Source: Dictyostelium discoideum
Lineage: Eukaryota
DNA: 64,000 bases
Reading direction: 5' to 3'
NCBI GenBank assembly: GCA_000004695.1
Contig: CM000153.2
Span: 3,680,001-3,744,000, forward strand
Positions 50,680-63,752 of the stretch are shown piece by piece (position 1 is the first letter of the stretch; every line of letters starts with the position of its first letter). The translations under genes and the position numbers were made by a program. Under the pieces are notes generated by a model, which did no database searches, had not been told where the DNA came from, and worked only from the letters and a program-made list of their open reading frames with translations.

Positions 50680-53595
50680 ATGATAGATCCGGATACAGGA
50701 TCATCAAATAATATCTCACCAACTATTAGTATATCTAGAGTTGGAATGTTACAGCAAGGTGGCGGATATGATTCAATTGGGTCATCAAATAGTATGATGA
50801 ATATTGATGATACAGCAAGTAATATAAGTGGTGTTAGTAACTTTTATATGAAATCATCATTAAAAAATCATAATAATAATAATAATAATAATAGTAATAA
50901 CAGTGAATTATCACAATCACCAAAGAAAAAATTTGGAATTTCATCACATCATCAAGGTATTCATTTTTCAAATTTAGGAGGATGGTTTTCAATGTCACAT
51001 TTACATAATACACAAAAATCATTTACAGATTTAAGTCAAAAGATATTTCATGGAAAGGGTATAAAGAAACTTAGAAATATGAAAAAGAAAAAGAGAATTA
51101 AAAAAAGTAAAGCATCTTATATTAGAAGAAGGAAACTTAGTAAATTAATGAATAGTAGAGTATCAATGATAATAATGATAGTTGCGACACTATTCCTATT
51201 ATATATTGATGATATTTTGTATACATCATTGGCACCAAATTCACCGGCCACATTTAATTCAGTATCGGTTTTAAAGGTTATTGTATTTTTTATATTTGTA
51301 ATTGATTTAATATTTCAAATCTATGTTCAAAGATTGGCATATATTTTAACATTATTCTTTCCCATTGATTTAATATCGATTGCATCATTGGTGCCAGATG
51401 TAGTTGGATACGTTTTCAGTGTCACTAGTTTATTGTATGCATTAAATTCATTATCAATATCTAGAACTGCCAGAGTTGCAAGAATGGCATCTCGGTTATC
51501 AAGAATCGCAAGAATTATAAACTTTTTCGATGTTTTTCAATGTGGTAAACGTGTGGATGATAAACCAAAGAATGAGATATCAGTATCTGTTGAACCAAGT
51601 ACAATTGGAAAGAAACTATTGGCTAAAACATCTCATAAAATTGTGGTAATGTGTTTATTGATTGTATTGATCACAACATTAACTTCACCAGCACCAGATT
51701 CAGATCCATATTTTACTTCAATCTTAGAGTTATTGGTTATTTCTGCTAATCAAAATGGTATAAACTCTCAAGCATTTACAACATCATTTAATGAAATTCA
51801 AAGTAATAAAGATACAGTTGACCTTTTATACTTAAAAGTTAATGGTATCGATGTTTATCAATCATCAATTAATACAGACGAATGGTATCCAAGTTGGATT
51901 ATTAAAAATTCATTCAATGGTTCAGATATTAATGAAATGTGGGTAAACAATCAAAAGAATGAACAATATTTAGCAGCTTTATCAATTACAATGACAACTT
52001 GTTTAATAATTATACTTTCATTTGGAACTTTATTAATTTCAAGGGATTTTCAAATTTTAGTTATAAAACCAATTGAAAGAATGATATCATTAATTAAAAA
52101 GATCTCATCAATGGAAAGAGGGTATGACAGTGATTATGACTCCGATCCAGATGATGAATATACAAATCAAACCACTGAAGATGATGGTAATTGTGGTGCA
52201 GATGATGGTGATGCTAAAAATATAAATATGAATGATTTAGAAGTTGGTGGATTTTCAAGTGCAGGTGATTCAGATTTTGAAAGTTTTGGAGAATATGGTT
52301 CAGAAGAAAATGAAACAGAAATTCTTGTAGAGGTTTTAAATGAATTGGCATATAAAAAATTATCAAATCAAAATAATGAAAGAATTCAACATGAAAATAA
52401 ACAAAAAATAGTTGATGGATTGAATTGTTTATTGGCAAATATTAAATCATTTGCACAAAGAAAACATTTTACCAGTGAACTTAAAATTTATAATAGAAGA
52501 CATAGAATTGTTAAAGAGATTTTAACTACTGAACAAACCTATTGTAATTCATTATCAACAAAGATTGAAGTTTTCATTTTACCATTACGTAGTAAATCGA
52601 TTATTTCAAATGATGATCTTTCAACTATATTTAGTAATTCTGAAGTTATTCATCAATTTAATAGTGGATTTTTAGCATTACTAGAGGAGAAAATTAATAA
52701 TTGGTCTACTAATCAATCGATTGGTGAAGTGTTTAATTATTTGGAGAATTCAGTTCAATGTTATAGTACCTATGTAAACAATTATAATAACTCAATAAAG
52801 GCATTGGAAGATTGTAAGAGAGATAATGAGAAGTTTGTAGAGTTTTTAGCGGACCAACGTGAAAAGGCATCGATAGAGTTACCAGGTTATTTAATTATGC
52901 CCGTTCAACGTATGCCACGTTATGTGATGTTATTAGAGGATTTATTAAAACATACAGCACCTCAACATTTCGATTTTGAACCAATTGATAATGCTGTTAA
53001 ATCATTAAAGAAAATAACGGTACAATTGAATGAAAGAAAGAGAGAATCAGAGAACAAACAATCGATTCAAGATATCTATATGCAATTGGTACCACCAATT
53101 CAAGACATTTTAACACCTGGAAATTGTATAGCTGCAAATTCAAAATTAAAACAAGACTCTCTTAAATTCCATTTCATCCTTTTCCAAACTGGTCTATTAA
53201 AAGTTGAAAAGAGTCATGACGAATTACATGTTAAACAATATTATCAAATTAAAGATAAACCAATCGTATTAACTGTACTCCAAGATGTACCTTCAATGAA
53301 ATTCTTTAATGCTTTTCAAATAAAGATTGAGGATGAACATGAACTATTACTCTTTGCAAAAACTGAAGAAATTCGTAATCAATGGATAAACGCTTTAACT
53401 CAATTTACAAAAGTTCAAACTCAACGTACAAAGAGTGTTTTAATGATAAATTCTCATCTTCGTAAATCAACCATTAGTCGTGGTAGTGGTTCAAATATAC
53501 TTCAAAATTCACCTTTATCAACTTCAAGATTATCTTATTCTTCAAATTCTGGTTCTCAAAGTGGTGGTAGTAGTAGTAGAAATTTAAATAAATAA
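50680..53595 (+). CDS. Voltage-sensor-like six-TM domain fused to a DH-PH RhoGEF module, 971 aa, intronless.
   Basis: A basic pre-S1 region. S1 SMIIMIVATLFLLYIDDIL. S2 VLKVIVFFIFVIDLIFQIYVQR, with an F-x-x-D charge-transfer-like motif. S3 LTLFFPIDLISIASLVP, resembling Shaker NVIDIIAIIPY. S4 LSISRTARVARMASRLSRIARIINFF, with six Arg at 3-residue spacing. Two further TM helices (HKIVVMCLLIVLITTLTS and YLAALSITMTTCLIIILSFGTLLIS) are separated by about 100 aa, with no GYG filter. Then a DH domain (RRHRIVKEILTTEQTYCNSL...LPGYLIMPVQRMPRYVMLLEDLLKHT) and a PH-like region. Confidence 0.75.
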   Translation: MIDPDTGSSNNISPTISISRVGMLQQGGGYDSIGSSNSMMNIDDTASNISGVSNFYMKSSLKNHNNNNNNNSNNSELSQSPKKKFGISSHHQGIHFSNLGGWFSMSHLHNTQKSFTDLSQKIFHGKGIKKLRNMKKKKRIKKSKASYIRRRKLSKLMNSRVSMIIMIVATLFLLYIDDILYTSLAPNSPATFNSVSVLKVIVFFIFVIDLIFQIYVQRLAYILTLFFPIDLISIASLVPDVVGYVFSVTSLLYALNSLSISRTARVARMASRLSRIARIINFFDVFQCGKRVDDKPKNEISVSVEPSTIGKKLLAKTSHKIVVMCLLIVLITTLTSPAPDSDPYFTSILELLVISANQNGINSQAFTTSFNEIQSNKDTVDLLYLKVNGIDVYQSSINTDEWYPSWIIKNSFNGSDINEMWVNNQKNEQYLAALSITMTTCLIIILSFGTLLISRDFQILVIKPIERMISLIKKISSMERGYDSDYDSDPDDEYTNQTTEDDGNCGADDGDAKNINMNDLEVGGFSSAGDSDFESFGEYGSEENETEILVEVLNELAYKKLSNQNNERIQHENKQKIVDGLNCLLANIKSFAQRKHFTSELKIYNRRHRIVKEILTTEQTYCNSLSTKIEVFILPLRSKSIISNDDLSTIFSNSEVIHQFNSGFLALLEEKINNWSTNQSIGEVFNYLENSVQCYSTYVNNYNNSIKALEDCKRDNEKFVEFLADQREKASIELPGYLIMPVQRMPRYVMLLEDLLKHTAPQHFDFEPIDNAVKSLKKITVQLNERKRESENKQSIQDIYMQLVPPIQDILTPGNCIAANSKLKQDSLKFHFILFQTGLLKVEKSHDELHVKQYYQIKDKPIVLTVLQDVPSMKFFNAFQIKIEDEHELLLFAKTEEIRNQWINALTQFTKVQTQRTKSVLMINSHLRKSTISRGSGSNILQNSPLSTSRLSYSSNSGSQSGGSSSRNLNK

Positions 53596-53660
53596 ATAAA
53601 TTTTTTATTTTTTTAAATATATATATATTTTTTATTTATTATTTTTTTCAAAATTTATTG

Positions 53661-54753
53661 TTAACATTCAATTTTAAAAACTTCATATTCATCAACTTGA
53701 AAATATCTTTTACCTTTTCCTTTACTATCATAATAAGATTCAAAGAAATTCTCTTTATTTATATTACAATTATTTGAAATTGTTAAATTTTTACCCAATA
53801 TACCAAAAGTTGGACCATAATTAATGTTTGAATAAATTGATTGACTTGATGAACCTTCTTCTTTTTTTATAATTGATGGTGGTATATTTGCCAAATCAAA
53901 TAAAAATGATTTATCATCTTGAGTATATTGGGTAGACAATGTCCAATTACGACTTGCATATCCTCCAAATATACAATCCTTTGATCTAATAATTGTAATT
54001 GTGGATCCTTTAAAATCACATAATTCATGAAATCTCTTTGATGAAAAATCATTATCTGATCCCTAATTAAATATAATAAAATTAGATTTTCTTTTAATTA
54101 ATAATAATAATAATAATAATGGTAATAAAATGATTTGATTGGTCCTTACTCTATATAATAATCTTGTTTTTTTAATTTGTAATTTTGATTTTAATAATCT
54201 AATTAAATCTTTTGATAATTCAACAGATAAAATTTTTGATTGATAAAAATGATATGGATATAACAATTCTTTTAAACCTGATAAACAATAAAAATCTGCT
54301 TCAACATATAATTCATTTCTAATTTGTTCACACTCTGGAATATTTGAACAATCACCTCTTAAAAAATTTAAAATAATTCTAAAATGTGTACCATCTCTTT
54401 AAATTTATATATATTTAAAATATCAAAAAAAATATTTTAGTAATTAGATAAAATTATTTCCAAAAATTCCAAAAAAAAAGTAAAAAAATTATAAAAATTA
54501 CCTATCAATAAAATAAGTATCAGGTTTATTTGGAGTTTTGATTACATTTACATTATAATTACCAGAGAATAATATATCAAAGTAATTATTTTTTTGATTT
54601 GTTAAGGTTCCTTTTGTAGTACAAAATTTGAAACCACCTATATTTAATATTAATGGTTCATTATTTGATTGTACCTGTTGTTGAAATTGTTGTATTTGTT
54701 GTAATTGTTGTAATTGTGTATATAAATGATTTTGATTATTTTGTTGTTGTTGC

Positions 54754-54789
<36 letters not shown>

Positions 54790-54953
54790 CCATGACTATA
54801 ATATAATGTTGATAAATTTTCATTACTATTATTAAAATATGGATATAGTGAGTTTGATGAAGATCTTATTGATGAAGTATACTCATTTCCATCATCAACG
54901 GATTGTAATTTTAATGAAACTGATGAAACATCATTTGGTATAACTTGGTTCAT
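53661..54953 (-). CDS. BTB/POZ (T1/KCTD-type) plus TLDc-like domain protein. Exons: 54953..54502, 54396..54150, 54062..53661.
   Basis: BTB: LILNIGGFKFCTTKGTLTNQKNNYFDILFSG...YFIDRDGTHFRIILNFLRGDCSNIPE. C-terminal: GSDNDFSSKRFHELCDFKGSTITIIRSKDCIFGGYASRNWTLSTQYTQDDKSFLFDL (a TLDc-like motif, IFGGY..W). Donors GTAATT and GTAAGG. Phases 2/1 and 0/0 fit. Confidence 0.6.
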
Positions 54954-55637
54954 TGTTTTAATATTAATATTGTTATGGAAAAGTAGTTTTTATAATTAAA
55001 AAGTATGAAAAAAAAAAAAAAAAAAAAAGTAGTTTTAAAAAGAAATAAAAAAAAAATAATAATATTGAAACTTTTAATATGAAAATATATTAAAAAATTT
55101 GATACTATTTATTTATTATTAAAAATATTGTAGATACCCCCTCATTCAAAAAATTAAAAACACCTTTTCTTTTTTTTTTTTTTTTTTTTTTTTTCTCACC
55201 CTTTTTTTTCTATTTGAAAAAAAATGGAATTTTTTGGAAAATTTCTCTTTTACAATTAATTTAAATTAAAATAAAATGTTTAGGATTCACCTTGATCATT
55301 AAAATTAAATGTAAATATATTTATCAATGAGATTTTATTAATTATCTATAAACACACATAAAAAATTTGTAAGTTAAAAAAAAAAAAAAAATTTAATTAA
55401 ATAAATATTTTTAACTTTCTACATTGCAAGTAAAAAAAAAAAAATAATAAATATAATTAAATAAAAAAAAAATTAATTCAAAAATTTACCAATAAATATT
55501 TTTTATTTAGTAAAAACTTTCATTTAATTTAATTTTATATTTTGATTATTTATTATTACACTATAAAAAAAAAAAAAAAAAAAAAAAAAAATTATACCAC
55601 TTTTGTTTTTTTTGCTAAAAAAGCAATTTATTTATTT

Positions 55638-55800
55638 TTGTGGTGGCACAAAATAAAAAAGGATAATTCAATGATAGATGTGCAATATTTTTTATTTTGT
55701 GGTGGCACAAAATAAAAAAGGATAATTCAATGATAGATGTGCAATATTTTTTTTTTTTTTTTTGTGGTAAATTTATTTTAATGATAGTTGCCCAATAATT
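55638..55800 (+). repeat. Tandem repeat of a 56-bp unit (ttgtggtggcacaaaataaaaaaggataattcaatgatagatgtgcaatatttttt), two full copies plus a degenerate third.
   Basis: Direct reading. Copies 1 and 2 are nearly identical. Confidence 0.8.
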
Positions 55801-56081
55801 TTTATGCAACAATAAATGATTGATTTATCTGGCTTTTGAGATTGATAATATAAATTTTTATTTAATACCCCCAATTTTTTATGTATTTGTAAATTAATAA
55901 TAAAAAGAAAAAAATAAAAAAAAAAATAATTTATGGAAAATGAATTCATTTAGAAAAAAAAATAAATAAATAAAAAAAACAAAATGCTCAATAAAAAAAT
56001 GATATAAAAAGGGAAAAAAAAAATAAACAAAACATTAAATCATTTTTTGAAAATAGAAAAACAACAACTAAAAACATTAAA

Positions 56082-56394
56082 ATGACATTATTAAGTATGT
56101 ATTATTTAAATAATAAAAATTTAATCTCTTTTCATACTAATTTATTATTTCATTGTTTTTTTTTTAATTAAAATTAATTTTTTTTTTTTTTTTTACAGAA
56201 ACAATCTCTAATCTTGGTACCAATAATTCTTTGAAGGCCCAATCAAATATACAAATGCAACCAAATGAGCTTTTATTAAATAATAAAAACTCCTTTGGCC
56301 AGAATGAAACAAAGAATTTTGATGTAAATGGATTTTTAGCTACTATGGGCCAAGCTATTGAGATTGCCAGTTTTGCTGCACGTTTTTTTCTTTA
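56082..56394 (+). CDS. Small two-exon gene (56082..56094 and 56199..56394) encoding [69 protein letters not shown]. The N-terminus is HssA/B-like. It is a paralogue of the gene at 60816..61082.
   Basis: A 13-nt first exon, GTATGT donor, 104-nt AT-rich intron and TTTTACAG acceptor. The N-terminus MTLLxTIS resembles the Dictyostelium HssA/B-like small-protein family (tentative). Confidence 0.4.
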
Positions 56395-57675
56395 GCTATT
56401 TTGTATGTGATAAATGGCCATTGGTGATGGTGCCAAAATCAATCCTCATCAACTCATAAAAACAAATCTAATTTGGGTGGGATAAAGTAAAGAGAAAAAA
56501 AAAAAAAAATTAAAATAAAATTATATAAAAAAAGAAATGTTTATAACTACCATCGCTACTATTATTATTTTATTATTATTTTTTTTTTGATAATTCTGAA
56601 TTTTTTTTTTTCCTAAATGAGCAATTTGATCTTCCCAAATAAAAATTAATCTATTTTTAATATGTTACTATGTATGATATTAATGAAATTAAAGTGTCTA
56701 TCGATTGTTAATAGCAAGTATCGAACTTAGAAAAAAAAAAAAAAAAAAAAAAAAAAATTAAATTTTTAAAATTGGGTTTTCACTTAATAATTCAGAGTTT
56801 TCTATTTCCATCTTTTCTTTAACATTCATTCAAGCGTGTGGCAAACTGCAATACCTGCAATTTTTTATGAGTTGTAATAAATTTTGTTTTTCAAACCAAT
56901 TTAAACTTGACCAGCGGCCAAAGAAGCATATTTAGGACCAATGGGACATTATTAACCGTGGTTGTTTTAAATTTATTTTTCATGTGAATGGTAAAACAAA
57001 TCAATCATCATAGGACTATAAAATCTGTAAATTTTTGGAAAAAAAAAATTTAGTAAAATTATTTATTTATTTATTAATTTATTTATTTATTGATTTATTT
57101 TGATTCTTTTGTGACTATTGACGAACTTCATAAAAAAAATAAAAAAAAAAATTAAAAAAAATAAAAAAAAAATAAAAAAAAAATAAAAAATTAAATGAAA
57201 AATTTCAGCGTTTAAGGTCGGTTGGTTGCGATTACTTTTAATTTTTAATTTTTTTCTAAATAAACTTTAAAAATAAATTCATTCAAAAATATGCATATGT
57301 ACAAAAAAAAAAAAAAAAAAAATTTAAAAAATAAAATAAAAAAATAAAGATATAATAAAATAAAATAATAAAATTAAATAAAAAAAAAGAAATGATTTAT
57401 ACCAATTTTATAAAAAATAAATATCTCAATTTTTTTTTTTTTTTTATTTTCGGAAAAGGTATTTTCAACCTGCTCAGCGATCATTTCAGACCAAATAAAA
57501 TATTTTTTTTTTATTTTTTTTATTTTTTTTTTTTTTTATTTTTTTTTTTTTCTATTTTTAAACGTCCAGCTGGTAATAATTATTTTGTTATATAACTTAT
57601 AACCTTTTTTTTTTTTTTTTTTTAATTTTTTATTATAATGAAGAAAATAAAAATAAATAATAAAAAATAAAAAAA

Positions 57676-60354
<2,679 letters not shown>

Positions 60355-60486
60355 AGAGGGAGAGAGTGAGAAATAAAAAAAATAAAAAAATAAAAAAAAA
60401 AGAAAAAATAATATGTTATATTAAAATAAACAAATAATAAAATTTTTTTTATTTTTGTGTTTATTATAATCTACACATTTTTTGAT

Positions 60487-60566
60487 CACACATTTCTTGG
60501 TCACTTTGGCCAACAGTTTGAATGGAGTTTGATCTTTGGCTATCATTTAATGAAAATTGAGTGCTA
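60487..60566 (+). repeat. Copy 2 of the ~80-bp dispersed repeat (see 33747..33826).
   Basis: About 90% identity to copy 1. Confidence 0.7.
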
Positions 60567-60815
60567 CACACATTTCGGGAATGTGTAACAAACGTACTCA
60601 ATTTTGTTAATTCTGATAATAAATAAAAAAAATAAATAAAAAAGATTTTAAATGATTTATTTTCATTTTAATAGTAATTATATAACATTTTATTGATATT
60701 GTTTGAAATTAGAATGAAAATCTTTTTTTAAATTTATTATCAGAAAAAACAAAATATATTGAATATAGTTTACAAAATGAAGAAATTATATAGTCTTTTT
60801 TTCTTTTTTTTTTAT

Positions 60816-61082
60816 TTAATTCTTTAACTTTTCAAAACCATCTTTTGTTTTGTTATATGATTTTGTAAAAAATTCTGTGAATTTACTACTTGTTTCGTTG
60901 TGAGTATAGTTATTTACAGTTGTACCATTTAAATTCCCGATTGTGATATTTGATTTTAATGAATTTGATAAACTTAATTTTGAAATAGTATCTTTTAAAA
61001 TTTAATTAATAAAAAGAATAAAAAAAAATAAAAAAATAATATATTAAAAAATTAAAAAAAAAAACTTACTAATGATTGACAT
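60816..61082 (-). CDS. Small two-exon gene (61082..61070 and 60991..60816) encoding MSIINTISKLSLSNSLKSNITIGNLNGTTVNNYTHNETSSKFTEFFTKSYNKTKDGFEKLKN. A paralogue of 56082..56394.
   Basis: A 13-nt first exon, GTAAGT donor and (T)nAAAAG acceptor. Exon 2 was checked codon by codon for stops. The N-terminus MSIINTISKLS parallels MTLLKTISNLG. Confidence 0.4.
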
Positions 61083-61688
61083 TTTTTTTATTTTTTTTAT
61101 ATAATTTATTGTTTTACTTTTTTTTTTTTTATTTGTTTGAAAATGATTAAATAATATTTTTTTTATTTTCACACTTTAAATAGTTTTTTTTTTTTTTTTT
61201 TTTTTTTATTTTATTTTATTTTATTTTATTACTTATTTTGAAAATAAATAAAATTTTTAAAAAAATAAAATTATTTGATTTACATCATTCACAATTTAAT
61301 ACTTTTATTAATAAAAAACACACCAAATAGTACATATAAAAATATAAATAAACAATCCCCACATTTTTTTTTTTATCTTTTTATATTATAAAAGATTAAA
61401 AAAAAAAAATATATACCATTTTTGTACAAATTATTAAGATGTGTGGTATTAAAATCAAAATTAATGAATAATTTTAAATAAATCGAAAAAAAAAAAAAAA
61501 TCATGATTATTTTTGTTTAATTTTATATTAAAAGCCAATTAATCAAATAATGGCGTTTTATTTGTTTTTTTTGTAAGATGTTTAATAAGATTAATATTAC
61601 TGGTGATATTTATATAATTATTATTATTATTATTATTATTATTTTGTTTTCTCATCTTTTTTTTTATCTTTTTTTTTTTATCTTTTTT

Positions 61689-61729
<41 letters not shown>

Positions 61730-61818
61730 AAAATTGTTAATTATTATTGGTATTGTTTCTGTTTTTATTTTTTTTATTATAATATGATTATTATTTTATA
61801 ATTTTTGTTTGTTTGTTT

Positions 61819-63117
61819 TTATCTTAAAGTTGAAATTGTTAAAGGTTTGTATGGTGATGCATTATTATTATTATTTGAAAGGGGTGAAAAGATAATATTT
61901 GAAGGAGTATTTGGCTTTGTAATTGATTTTGGACTTAAAACTGAATTTTTAATATTGTTACTATTGGTAATATCTTTGAGTGGTGTTGATGTAGAACCTT
62001 TAGCAGTTGTGGTGGTAGCATTATTGGATGAAGAACTAGTAGTTGTTGTTGTAGCCGACTTTTTAACAGGGGTCAAAACACGTTTAAATGGTGATTTCTT
62101 TATACCAGCTGGAGAAGTGACAACTCTATTTCGAGCAGGTGAGCCATTAACACGAGATGGTGATGAATTACTTTGAGCGAATTTTGAGGATGTCTTTCTT
62201 AATTTTACACCTGTAATATCGGCCATAGAGATAGAGAATTGTGGCACACCATTAGATTTCTTTGAAGCTAAACTATTACTACTACTACTTGGAGTTGAAA
62301 CAGGTTGCACCACGATTGGTTTAGGTTTAAAAACCATTGGTGGTGGTGGTGGTGGTGGAGGTGGTGGAGCAACAAATGGTTGTGGTGGTTGTTGAATGAT
62401 TGATGTTGGTTGTTGTTGAATTAATGATGCTGCATTTATAATTTGTTTTAATAATTCATGATATTGGTTAAGGTTTTGTTTATGAATTTGATTTTGTTCA
62501 TTACGCATTCTTTGAATTTCTTTCTCTAAATTTACAATCTTTTGTTCCAATTGTACTATCTTTAATTGATCATTTAAATCGTCAACTGTTATATAACTAC
62601 CACCCAATGAACTTAATGAACTACCATTATTATTATTATTATTTGATGATTGGCTTTCATTAAAATGGTGGTGTTGTTGTTGTTGTTGAATTATAATTGA
62701 TGGTGAATTGCTATTGCCATTGGTACTATTATTATTATTATTACTATTTGTTGAAAATGTTATATTATCTTTTTGACTAATTGTTATATTACTATCTGTT
62801 AATTTATTTACATTTAATGATTGTTTTTGTATAGTTAAAAATGATTTTAAGTAGTTGAAAAGTACATCAAATTTATTAAAGAATGAACCAAATAAAAATG
62901 AACCATTTAAAACATTATAGCATTGGTTAACCATTACATTTACTCCACCACCATTTCCATTTTTATTATTATTATTTTTATTATTACTATTTACAAGGCT
63001 ATTACTATTTATTAATTTATTATTTGTATTATGGAGGAGAATTAATTCATTATCATTTTTATTTTTTTTATTTTGTTTATTTTTTCTATTTTTTTTTCTT
63101 TTATCTCCAATCGCCAT
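61819..63117 (-). CDS. Proline-rich, coiled-coil protein with a WH2-like actin-binding motif, 432 aa.
   Basis: A coiled coil (LNDQLKIVQLEQKIVNLEKEIQRMRNEQNQI). Then (P)11 with flanking PPQPFVAPPPPP, a profilin/SH3-ligand type. Then SMADITGVKLRKT, which resembles the WH2 consensus (..I..G..LKKV). A basic Lys-rich N-terminus. Confidence 0.55.
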   Translation of the reverse strand: MAIGDKRKKNRKNKQNKKNKNDNELILLHNTNNKLINSNSLVNSNNKNNNNKNGNGGGVNVMVNQCYNVLNGSFLFGSFFNKFDVLFNYLKSFLTIQKQSLNVNKLTDSNITISQKDNITFSTNSNNNNNSTNGNSNSPSIIIQQQQQHHHFNESQSSNNNNNNGSSLSSLGGSYITVDDLNDQLKIVQLEQKIVNLEKEIQRMRNEQNQIHKQNLNQYHELLKQIINAASLIQQQPTSIIQQPPQPFVAPPPPPPPPPPMVFKPKPIVVQPVSTPSSSSNSLASKKSNGVPQFSISMADITGVKLRKTSSKFAQSNSSPSRVNGSPARNRVVTSPAGIKKSPFKRVLTPVKKSATTTTTSSSSNNATTTTAKGSTSTPLKDITNSNNIKNSVLSPKSITKPNTPSNIIFSPLSNNNNNASPYKPLTISTLR

Positions 63118-63716
63118 TTTGAAAATATATGTAATTATTGTTTTTTATTTATTATTTTATTTTATTTTATTTTATTTTATTTTATTTTATTTTATTTTAT
63201 TTTATTTTTTTTTTTTTTGTGTGTGTATACAAATGTACAAATATAATTTACAAAATTATTTTACTTTATTGTGTATACTGAAACATGAAATAATAAATAA
63301 TATAATAATAAAAAAAAAAAAAAAAAAAAATTCTGGTATGATTTTTTTTTTTTTCCTTTTTTTTTTTCTTTTTTTTTTTTTTTTCCAGCGGGAAAGTTTT
63401 AACAACTAAATTTTAAATTATTTTTAAAAAAAAGAGGCAAAATTTTAATTTAAATCTTTTTTTTTTTTATTTTATAAAAAAATATTAATATCTTTTTTTT
63501 TTTTTTATTTTATAAAATATATATATATTATTATTTTTTTTTTTTTATTTTTTTTTTTATTTATTATTCTTGTATTTTTTATTATTAATTTAAAAAAGAT
63601 AGGTAAGAAAAATATTAATAAAACAAATTATCTATTATTCTTTTTTTTTTTGGTGAACTAATTTTCTTTGATGGAGGTTGTGATTGTGTTGAATTTTCTA
63701 TTTTTCATTCAATTTT

Positions 63717-63752
<36 letters not shown>

